Source: Mobula birostris
Lineage: Eukaryota
DNA length: 64,000 nt
Reading direction: 5' to 3'
NCBI RefSeq assembly: GCF_030028105.1
Contig: NC_092374.1
Coordinates: forward strand, 175,112,057-175,176,056
The notes under the pieces were generated by a model. The model made no database searches, was not told where the DNA came from, and saw only the letters and a list, made by a program, of their open reading frames with translations. How positions within the stretch are numbered: position 1 is the stretch's first letter; every line of letters begins with the position of its first letter. Made by a program: the position numbers and the translations under genes. Positions 50,431 to 61,199 of this stretch are shown here, one piece after another.

Positions 50431-50712
50431 ATTTATTGAGATACAGCATAGAATAGCCCCTTCTGGCCCTTCGAGCCATGCCGTCCAGAAAATCTTCCGA
50501 GTTAATCCTTGTCTAATCACGGGCCAACTTACAATGACCAATTAATCTACCAACTGGTACATCTTTGGAATGTGGGAGGAAACTTGAGCACCCGGAGGAA
50601 ACCCATGCAGTCACAGGAAGAACGTGCTAACTCCTTATGGGTAGTGGTGGGAATTGAACCTGGGTCGCTGGTACTGTACAGTGTTGTGCTAGTCATTACA
50701 CTACCATGCCAC
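50430..50712 (-). mobile_element. V-SINE (HE1-like)
   Basis: Reverse complement of tRNA head and V-domain (tgtgggaggaaacttgagcacccggaggaaacccatgc). Confidence 0.85.
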
Positions 50713-51793
50713 CCCAGATTTTTAGTGTGTTGCTCCAGTTTTCCAACAGAACCTCTTCATTGTCTAACCTGTTTGTTACTTCCTGAAAGCACTTGTCAGA
50801 AGGAAAACTCTGATTTTAAACCTCCGCTGCCTTGCGGCCATACCCCCCTGTGGGAAAGGCTTCAGGAGTAAACCCCAAGGAAGAAATCTGGAGGCAGGCT
50901 CCCTAAGGCAGTTTGATGTTGTTTACAACTTCACTCTGGTAACCTCTGCGATGACACTGGTGCCAAGCTGTATCAGCACTTGCCCTTCCCTTGGACTACA
51001 TCAGTGACGTGGAGAGGGGGATCCCACTGCACGGGCAACAGCCAGTTCTTCAAATCTTCCCACCCAGGCTTGCACCCTGGAGTAGACACAGTTCACCAGA
51101 GGGGCAAACCCATGATCCCCTGGGATCGACGGCTGCCTACTAGACTTGTCAGGCAAGATCTCCTTTCAGTGGGGTGTGGACCAAATACTGACAAAAGAGA
51201 CGAGCTCAGGAAGGTATCTTTGTCAGCTTGGATGAGCTGGGCCATAGGCCCTGTTTCTGTGTGGTATTACTCTGAAAAGCTGAGGAGTAGCCCCTTGAAA
51301 TACTTGAACAGGGTTGCAACTCTGAGCATCTGCTTGACAACTAACAACACTGAACTACATTTGGGTATGATCATCAGTTTACTAAAACTAATCTTACTAC
51401 TGTTAGAATTGGCATTGTCTCTTCACAATCATGTTCCTATTGAAAGTTTAAAAGTTCAAAGTAAAATTGTTATCAAAATATGAATATATTACCATGTGCT
51501 ACCTTGAGATTCATTTTCTTGGGGGCTTTTACAAGACAAAAAGAAATAAATAGAATTTTATGAAAAACTATACATAAACAAAGACTGTCAAATAAAAAAT
51601 GTGCAAAAGACAAACTGTGCAAATAAACATAGCACTGATAACATCAGTTATAAAGAGTCTGAGAGTGAGCCTGTATGTTGTAGAATTGGTTACGGTAGTG
51701 GTGAATGAAATTATCTATGCCTGTTCAGGAGCCTAATGCTTGTAGGGTAATAATTGTTCCTGAACCTGGTGGTGTGGGACCTAACAACACACA

Positions 51794-51965
51794 CACACAA
51801 AATGCTGGAGGAACTCAGCAGGCCAGACAGTATCTACTGAAAAGAGTAAACAGTCCATGTTTCGGGCCGAAACCCTTCATCAGGGCTGTTTACTCTTTTC
51901 CATGTTTGGCCTGCTGAGTTCCTCCGGCATTTTGTGTGCGTTGCTTGGATTTCCAGTACCTGCAG
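51794..51965. repeat. Inverted pair of Penelope terminal repeats
   Basis: 51794-51825 pairs with 51907-51938 (32 bp, 1 mismatch). Confidence 0.85.
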
Positions 51966-52059
51966 GTTTCCTTGTTTGTGGTGTGGGACCTGAGGCTTCT
52001 GAGGTCATGTTTGGTAATACTACAGTTCTTATATGTCTGCTATAAAGACAAGACACTGC

Positions 52060-53290
52060 AGATACCAGAATCTGGTGCAACACACAAAATGCTGGGGGAT
52101 CTCAGCTGGTCAGGCAACATCTGTTGAGGGAAATGGACAGAAAATATTTCTAGTCAAGATCCATCATCTGGACTGAAAGAAAGAGTGGTATAAAAGGTGA
52201 AGTGAAGGGTTGAATAAAGAGCTGGCAGACAAGAGATTGCTCCAGGTGACAATAGTATAGATAGGTAGGGGAGGGAGTGAGAATGTTGTCAGAACCTGAG
52301 AGATGATAGGTGGAAATGAAGAAGTGATGAAGATAATGGAATCTGACAGGAGAAAAGGGGGAGCTGAAGTACACAGAGGGAGGTAGGGGGCAAAACCAAA
52401 GGGAGGTGTGTGTGGGTGATGGGGGTGATGGAGGTGGTGGGATAGAGAGAAGATTTAGAGTGATACGGGCTATGTGGATCATGAGGAGATTAAAAAGAGG
52501 CAGAGGGGAGGAGCTACCAGAAGCCTGAGATTTCCACATTCATGAAATCGGGTCGGAGACTGCCCAGGCAGAATATGATGCTGTTCCTCTAACTTTAATT
52601 TACCATCAATTTGGATGGAGTTGGAGGAGGCTAAAGAAAGACAGGTGTGGAAATGGGAATTAAAAAGTTTGGGAGCTGGGAGACCCAGATACCTATTCCA
52701 GATGGATTGCAGCTGGTTTATGAAACAATTACCCAGTCAGCTTCTAGCCTTACCAATGTAAAGGAGATGGAACAGAAGTACCATGTGTAATAAACAAGGC
52801 TGGAGGATTTAGTCATAGTTATAGTCATACTTTATTGATCCTGAGGGAAATTGGGTTTCGTTACAATTGCATCAACCAAGAATAGAGTATAAATATAGCA
52901 ATATAAGACCATAAAAAATTAAATAATAATATGTAAATTATGCCAGGAAATAAGTCCAGGACCAGCCTATTGGTATGTGAATGTCTGCCTCACTTGCAAA
53001 GTCTGTTTGTAGTTCTGTAGAGTAATGAGGGAGGAGGTGTGGAGACAGGTGTAACACTTCTTGTTGGTACAGAGGGCGGTGCATGGGCAGGAGAAAGGAA
53101 AGGGATGGATGGGGAGAGCTGAATGGACCGGAGAATAACACCTTATGGAAAGGGAAATGGGGAGAGAAAACTATAGTGGGTGATGGGATCATGTTTTGCA
53201 GCACTTTGTGTTCCATCTAGGTATTCTACAACACAGCAGTCTGAAGAATGAACTTTCCAATTTCTGGTAACCATGCCGCCTCTGGCCCTT
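52060..53290 (-). mobile_element. Degenerate Penelope-like element 3' half, with a short Rex-type 3' end inserted at ~52810-52975
   Basis: Minus-strand KKCYTCLHTS...QVRQTF (GIY-YIG region), EEQH.IFCLGSL at ~52560-52590, purine tract and pLTR. Confidence 0.6.
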
Positions 53291-53319
53291 TCCTTTTTTG
53301 TCCAGATCCATCTGTCCTA

Positions 53320-55455
53320 GGGAGGCCGGACAGTCCAGGTTTGAATACTCTGTCCTCTGTCTGGCATCACCTCGAGCCAGACATTAATTTGTCCTGCTTT
53401 TTTGGGTCTGACTAAAAAACTTACATAAATTACCTCAGGTATACTTAAAACAGTGGGAACTGAAAGCTATAACAACCGTTAAGTATTTTTATTTTATGTA
53501 CGAGTCATGTCAGCACGTCCAAGAGGGTCAGTCTGCCCAAGGCCTCAGTGGAGAGTGGTTGGCTTTTTTGTTCTTGTTTCAAGCCCCAAAAGAAATGCCA
53601 AAAAGAAAGACTATATTTAACGATGAATGGGCCAAAGAATTTGGATTTATTGCTGAAAGCAGAAAAGGTAACTTTCATGTTTTTTGTACACTATGCCGTT
53701 ATGATGTGGAGATTGGCAGTAAGGGAAAAAGTGCAGTTGAACGACACGCTACCACAGATAAACGTAAAGTTAACTCTCATACTGCTGGTACGTCATCACT
53801 GTTATCATTTTTCTCCCCAGCTCAATCAACTCAAGATGACAAAATCTTGGCTGCAGAACTTGTAAAGTGTATCATGCTGTGAAGCATCATCAGTCATACA
53901 GAAGTGTTGATTGTGGAGTAAAAGTTGACAAAGAAATAAACGGTGACTCAGGTGTAACATGTGGGAAAACTAAAGCAAAAGCTCTGTGTGAAAATATTCT
54001 AGCACTGTATTCTGTACAAAAGCAAGTGGAGTCTATCAAAGAACATGGCTTGCCCTTTTCAGTAGCAACTGATGCTTCAGACAAAGGTGCAACAAAGTGT
54101 TTCCCAATACTTCTGAGATACTTTCATTTTGAGAAGGGAGTGCAACATGTGTTACTTGACTTTTACAGCGTTAACAATGAACCATTAGAGGACATAACAA
54201 ATCAGCTACTGGTTAAACTAGAGATGTCAGGTCTGGATCTGAATAAAGTGTCTGTATACACTGCTGACAATGCAAGTGTAAACTATGGGAAACACAACAG
54301 TGTTTATCAAAAACTGAAAATGGCTCAAAAGAACATTTTGCTGCAAATTATCTGGCCCATATTTTGTACAATGCTACAAGATTTGCTACAGGAAAACTGG
54401 AAATTGATGTTGAAAATATTTTACTCAAAGTGTACAACCATTTCACATCTCAGCTAAAAGAACAGCATAGTTAAAGGAATTCTGTAAATTCGTGAATGTT
54501 GATAATTGTAATCTGTTATGGCATGTTGTGACTAGATGGCTGTCTCTTTTGCCATCTATTGACAGAATACTTAAGTGCTGGGAAGTCCTAAAAAGTTATT
54601 TTCAGAGTCTAGGTGAGGAGGAGTGCCCCAAAATACTGTGGAAGTGCTTTGGAGATGAAGGAAATGCCTGTGAATCATCAGAGATCTATTTCTTCTTCCT
54701 CAGTCACACTCTTAAATTGTTCTCAGACACTATTGAAGCACTAGAAGCCAAGCCATACAGCAAACTTGAGAGAAGAGTAAAGGACTATTTCTTTGGCTTT
54801 GCAGTGAACACCAAGCTTAGCCAGCTTACCCCTGATGTGTCTAAGAAATGTGAAACAGACTTCATTGTTTTCTATGAAAGAGTCATAAAGTACTTGACAG
54901 GTATGACTGCTCTGAAAACAGCTTTTATAACAAAGTGTCAAAATTGAGCCTAACAAGTGCCATACCTTTTGGAGAATTCTGTGACGCAGTCAAGGTCTGT
55001 AACCTTCAAGATATTGATATGGATGAATTATATGAAGAGTATGGGATTGTGGAGGCAATTATCAATACTCCTGAGATGGTAGATAGCCATAGTGAAGAAC
55101 GTTATCTCAAGCTGTTCAGTAAATCTGAGGTCTCTTTTACAAACCTGAAGAAAGTGAGTGCTTATATCTTCTCTATTCCATGCAGCAATGCTCACACAGA
55201 ACGAGTTTTTTCAATGATGACCTCAGCTTGGAGAAACGAGAGAAACCGTCTGCAAGTGGACTCGGTCAAAGCAGAGCTCCAAATATGTAACAACTTCTCA
55301 GAAATGTACAAAAACCTCCCGGCCAACAGAAAACTCCTGGAGATGGCAAGTAAAGGACAGAAATACAAAAAATAGCATCCATATCTGGCAGTCCATGGTA
55401 GGCTTCTAAGTAGGCTACTTCCTTTAGTTTGTGAAGTAAGTTAATTTGGTTAGCA
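53320..55455 (+). mobile_element. hAT-superfamily transposon with frameshifted transposase (BED finger, DDE, C-terminal dimerization domain)
   Basis: FCTLCRYDVEI..HATT (BED), FSVATDASDKG, TRWLSL, IPCSNAHTERVFSMM..RNRL. ORFs 53496-53882, 53867-54457, 54492-54947, 54935-55375. Confidence 0.9.
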
Positions 55456-55459
55456 TATC

Positions 55460-57434
55460 TTTTTTTTCCCAAAAATACTTTATTCAGAAATATTACAAAA
55501 TAAAAATAATTACATACAAGAAAAGAAAACCATTCGTTGACTGTGAGTCCTTATTCAATACAGTTATTAACAATAAAAATTTTGCGTTGACTCTCTGTTC
55601 ATTTACAAATGAAAGATGTTTACAGTAAATCATGCGTTTACTCTCAACCCTTGGTCAAGAGTTAAGACTTATTAACAATCAAAATTTTCAACAATAAAGG
55701 CAGGCAATGGCTCTAATACTTTCCCAAATTAACAATTGCACCCACTCCTTGGGCACCATGTTGATTATCTGTCCACACCGCTGATGAGGGTAGGTCTCCT
55801 CCCCACCCAACCTCTCCCCCTCCTACGGGTGATGAACGTTAAACTGTGGTCCTTCCCCACCGGGCCTTCGCGGTGGCCGCACCAAGTTTGAGTGCATCCC
55901 TCAGAACGTACTCCTGCAGACGAGAGTGTGCCAGTCGGCAGCATTCAGTCACGGACATCTCCATCTGCTGGCAGACCATCAAGTTTCGGGCCGACCAAAG
56001 AGCGTCTTTCACCGAATTGATGATCTGCCAGCAGCACCGGATGTTTGTCTCCGTGTGCGTCCCCGGGAACAGCCCGTAGATCACGGAGTCCTCGGTAACG
56101 CAGCTGCTGGGCGTGAATCTTAGTACTGTCCCTTCCATTCTCTTCCACACCTTCTTTGCGAACCCACAGTGTGCAAAGAGGTGAGCCACCGACTCCACCC
56201 CATTACAGTCCTCCCTTGGGCAACGGGGTGTGGAGGAACCGTTCCGGGCGTACAGGAGGGATCTGACTGGGAGGGCCCCTCTCACCGCCAGCCAGGCGAG
56301 GTCTTCGTGCCTGTTGGTGAGATCTGGCGATGAGGCATTTTGCCAGATGAATTGGACGGTCTGCTCAGGGAACCACGCCACTGTGTCCATCACGTCCTTC
56401 TCCTGCAGTGCCTGCAGGACACTACGTGCCGACCACTGCCTGATGGCCCTGTGGTCAAATGCGTTGGTCTTGAAGAATTTTTCTACGAAGGACAGGTAAG
56501 GGGGCAACGACCAGCTGACGGGGGCGTTGCGCGGGAGTGGGGCCAGACCCATCCTTCGTAGCCAGGGCGACAGGTAGAACCTGGGCACATAGTAGTACTT
56601 TGTGCCCACGTATCTGGGATCAACGCACAACCTGATGCAGCCACACACGAAGCTGGCCATCAGGGTGAGGGCGACATTGGGGACGTTCTTGCCCCCATTG
56701 TCCAGGGACTTGTGCATGGCGGTCCGTCTCACCCGCTCCATCTTCGATCCCCAGACGAATCTGAAGACAGCCCGGGTGATTTCAGAGCTGTAGGAGCGGG
56801 GGACGGGCCAGACCTGCGCCAAGTACAGCAGCCCTGAGAGCCCCTCGCACCTGATGACCAGGTTCTTGCCCGTTATCGACAGGGAGCGCCCTCCCCACAG
56901 TCCCAGTTTCTGTTTCACCTTGGCAGTCCGCTCCCGCCAGTTCTTGTTGCACGACTCGGCCCCTCCGAACCAGATCCCCAACACCTTCATGTGGTCAGAC
57001 CTGATGGTGAAGGGGACGCTGGATCGGTCTGGCCAGTTGCCGAAGAGCATGGCTTCGCTCTTCGTGCGGTTGAGCCTGGCCCCCGTCGCTAACTCGAACT
57101 GTTCGCAGATGCTGATCAGCCTACGAACTGACCTCGGATCAGAGCAGAAGACGGTGACGTCGTCCATGTACAGGGAGGTTTTCACTTGGGTCCCTCCACT
57201 GCCTGGCAGCGTCACCCGTCTTATGCCCTCATCCCTCCTGATGGCCTCGGCAAAGGGCTCTATACAGCAGACAAACAAGACAGGGGAGAGGGGACAGCCC
57301 TGCCTGACTCCAGACCTGATGGGGAAGCTGTCTGTTTCCCACCCGTTGACCTGGACTGCACTACGGATGTCTGTGTAGAGCAGTCTGATCCAATTCCGGA
57401 TTCTCTCCCCAAATCCCATTTTGGAGAGCACATA
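55460..57434 (-). mobile_element. 5'-truncated L1/Tx1 LINE, copy A (open RT C-terminal half and zf-RVT)
   Basis: 535-aa open frame with SGVRQGCPLSP, LYMDDV, C-terminal CPREDC..ES..HLF..C. AATAAA and short poly(A) on the minus strand. Confidence 0.92.
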
Positions 57435-58278
57435 TTTTTTTTCCAAAAATACTTTATTCAGAAATATTGCAAAATAAAAATAATTACATACAGGAAAAGA
57501 AAACCATTCGTTGACTGTGAGTCCTTATTCAATACAGTTATTAACAATAAAAATTTTGCGTTGACTCTCTGTTCATTTACAAATGAAAGATGTTTACAGT
57601 AAATCATGCGTTTACTCTCAACCCTTGGTCAAGAGTTGACTTATTAACATTCAAAATTTTCAACAATAAAGGCAGGCAATGGCTCTAATACTTTCCCAAA
57701 TTAACAATTGCACCCACTCCTTGGGCACCATGTTGATTATCTGTCCACACCGCTGATGAGGGTCGGTCTCCTCCCCACCCAACCTCTCCCCCTCCTACGG
57801 GTGATGAACGTTAAACTGTGGTCCTTCCCCACCGGGCCTTCGCGGTGGCTGCACCAAGTTTGAGTGCGTCCCTCAGCACGTACTCCTGCAGACGAGAGTG
57901 TGCCAGTCGGCAGCATTCAGTCACGGACATCTCCGTCAGCTGGCAGACCATCAAGTTTCGGGCCGACCAAAGAGCGTCTTTCACCGAATTGATGATCTGC
58001 CAGCAGCACCGGATGTTGGTCGCCGTGTGCGTCCCCGGGAACAGCCCGTAGATCACGGAGTCCTCGGTAACGCAGCTGCTGGGCATGAATCTTAGTACTG
58101 TCCCTTCCATTCTCTTCCACACCTTCTTTGCGAACCCACAGTGTGCAAAGAGGTGAGCCACCGACTCCACCCCATTACAGTCCTCCCGTGGGCAGTGGGG
58201 TGTGGAGGAACCGTTCCGGGCGTACAGGAGGGATCTGACTGGGAGGGCCCCTCTCACCGCCAGCCAGGCGAGGTCTTC
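57435..58278 (-). mobile_element. More truncated tandem copy B of the same L1/Tx1 element
   Basis: Nearly identical to 55460-56305 (3'UTR plus the last ~150 codons). Confidence 0.92.
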
Positions 58279-58617
58279 CCCACCCCATATCTGCTTCAAC
58301 AGGAGTAAAAATGAATATTCATTTCTTTCGCAAACACGAGGAATTCTGCAGATACTGGAAATTCAAGCAACACACACAAAAGTTGCTAGTGAACGCAGCA
58401 GGCCAGGCAGCGTCTCTAGGAAGAGGTAAAGCTGCAGATGCTGGAATTTCAAGCAAAATCTGCAAATACTGGAATTTGGTTTCCCTCTGGCCGTCTGTGA
58501 TTGGTTTCCCTCACTTCGGCTGTGATTGGCTGCTCTGTGCCCAGTTGTGATTGGTTTGTTATGCCGGCTCCCTATTTAAAGCATGAGTGCCGCTCTACTT
58601 CTGTGCAGTTTCAGAGC

Positions 58618-58748
58618 NNNNNNNNNNNNNNNNNNNNNNNNNNNNNNNNNNNNNNNNNNNNNNNNNNNNNNNNNNNNNNNNNNNNNNNNNNNNNNNNNNN
58701 NNNNNNNNNNNNNNNNNNNNNNNNNNNNNNNNNNNNNNNNNNNNNNNN
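58618..58748. other. Assembly gap (131 N)
   Basis: Run of N. Confidence 1.
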
Positions 58749-59400
58749 GCACTCTTCCTCAGCCAGCGGAATGCCGGGGTCGGTAAGTACTGGAGCATAT
58801 CGTCGCTCTGGAATTGTCCTTACTCAGGGATGCCTGTCGCCTCTGTAGGAAACAGATATAGCCGAGGTACTGAATGGGTCTGATAGTAAGCGTAGAAGCA
58901 AAGCATTGTCGACATTTCGGGCTGCGACGCTGCACGTTGACAACCCCTCGGCACTTTTTGCTCCAAAATCCAGTTTCTTGAGTCTCCCTGTGAACGGTCC
59001 TATCTCGCCGCCCTGCTCATCATGTCCTGCCAGGTCTCGGGGTTCTGCGGCAGTCTTGGTTCTCCTTCCTCCGCGAAATTGGGCAAAACTTATCTGGGCT
59101 GTGTGAGGAAAGACAGCAAACGATGCACTGAGTACGACATTTGGCTCTATTTATAAAATATATTCCTGTTCTGACTGAGCCGCGACGGTCCTCTGAAGAG
59201 AATTCTAAAGTCTCACCCACGCTCTAGTTTATTTTAGACTAGAATAGCATTAGATTAAGACTGGTCTCCTGCTTCTAGACTCCTTAGCCTGCAATCTGCC
59301 TTGACCCTTCTGAGAATATTGTAGATAACACTACTTATTCTTTCAAATTCTGGAAATTTTCAGAGCAGTAGGTCAGTACTTCTATTTTCTCTGTCATTTC

Positions 59401-59608
59401 CAAACCCCATTTCCAGAAAAGTTGGGATATTTTCCAAAATGCAATCAAAACAAAAATCTGTGATATGTTAATTCACGTGAACCTTTATTTAACTGACAAA
59501 AGTACAAAGAAAAGATTTTCAATGGTTTTACTGACCAACTTAATTGTATTTTGTAAACATACACAAATTTGGAATTTGATGGTTGCAACACACTCAACAA
59601 AAGTTGGA
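59401..59608 (+). mobile_element. Tc1/mariner left-end fragment
   Basis: CAAACCCCATTTCCAGAAAAGTTGGGA matches the fish Tc1-type TIR pattern CAACCCCAATTCCAAAAAAGTTGGGA as recalled. Confidence 0.65.
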
Positions 59609-59609
59609 T

Positions 59610-59990
59610 AGTGGAATGGCTGTCAGACAGGAAGCAGTGAGTGGGAATAAAGGGATCCTTTTCTGGTTGGCTGCCAGTGACTAGTGGTGTTCCTCAGGGG
59701 TCAGTATTGGGACCGCTACTTTTCACATTGTTCGTCAATGATTTAGATAATTGAATTGATGGCCTTGTGGCAAAGTTTGTGGATGATGCAAAGATAGGTG
59801 GAGGAGTAGGTAGTGCTGAGGAAGCAATGTGATTGTAACAGGACTTGGATACATTGGAAGAATGGGTAAAAAGTGTCAGATGGAATTGTTTTGGGAAATG
59901 TATGATACATTTTGGTAGGAAGAACTAGTGCAGGCTATTATCTAAATAGGGAGAAGGTTCAAATGTCAGAGGTGCTGAGGTGTCACGGTA
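59610..59990 (+). mobile_element. CR1 RT fragment
   Basis: [34 protein letters not shown]. Confidence 0.8.
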
Positions 59991-60535
59991 AATTGACCTG
60001 ATGCAAGAACAATACCACAAATACACTAACGCACAATTCTTTGTCAAACTTTTACTCTTTATTCACAGTATGCTATGGTGGAAGTTACAGACTGATCTCC
60101 CAAAGAGCCAGTCTGGACACTGCCCCTGAATTACACAATTCTCCACAATTTATAACATTGATCAGGTAGCAGGAAATCTTACGATTACAAGTTTAGACAA
60201 TATTAGAATCATTTTAATCACATGCTAAGATGCAATTAGATGTAAAATGATCATTAGTTAGTCAGTTATAATTATTTTAAGCCAAAGCTAGCCCGTCAGT
60301 TCCTCATTCGGACAGCTTCCCCTTTTCTCTAGAACATTCTAACCCCTACACTATTCTTCCCATATTTAGCTACACCTTGAGATGCTTCTGCATGATCAGA
60401 TAGTTCCTTATTTGAACCTTTGCCTATCTTTAGACAATAATGACTAGTACGTCACCCGTTGCTGGGTAAAGCTTCTTTCTGACTTGTCCAAAACAGTAAG
60501 CTAAGGTGCCCACAAAATAATGAATGAGCCACACC
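59991..60535. mobile_element. Putative solo LTR
   Basis: TGTCACGG...GAGCCACA ends, tttattc (reversed polyA signal). No TSD. Confidence 0.35.
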
Positions 60536-61199
60536 TACCCCAGAAGGGATGAGGATTAGATTATGAAGACACTCAGTCCTCGCTGATTGTCATTTAGAAA
60601 TGCACGCATTGAGAAATGATACAATGTTCCTCCAGAGTGATATCACAAAAAAAAGGACAAACCAAAGACTAACACTGACAAGACCACATAATTATAACAT
60701 ATAGTTACAGCTGTGCAAAGCAATACTGTAATTTGATAAAGAGCAGACTATGGGCATGGTAAAAAAAAAAGTCTCAAGGTTCTGATCGACTCCTGATAGT
60801 CCCCGGTAGCAGGCGGCAAAAGGGAGAAACTCTCCCTGCCATAAACCTCCAGGCGCTGACAACTGCTGATGCATTGGAAGCACCCAACCACAGCTGACTC
60901 TGAGTCCATCCGAAAACTTTGAGCCTCTGACCAGCCCCTCCCACATTGAGCACCATCTCGGCCGAGCGCTTTGACCCCACCCCGGATGCTGAGCAACAAG
61001 CAAAGCAGAGGACTCGGGGCCTTCTCCTCCGGAGATTCTGGATCACACAGTAATAGTGGCAGCAGAGAAGGCATTTCAGAAGTTTCTCCAGATGTTCCTC
61101 TGCTCTCGCGCCCATCTCTATCAAATCAGGATTGTGCACAGCACCCTACTTGACAGATAACAGACATCACCACCGGAGTGGCTGCTGTGAGTTGTGTCG

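Noticed and set aside
3620-58440. CRISPR-like array from the recurrent atgctggaggaactcagcagg repeat
   Set aside because: Eukaryotic, dispersed, both orientations and no regular spacers. These are Penelope terminal repeats.
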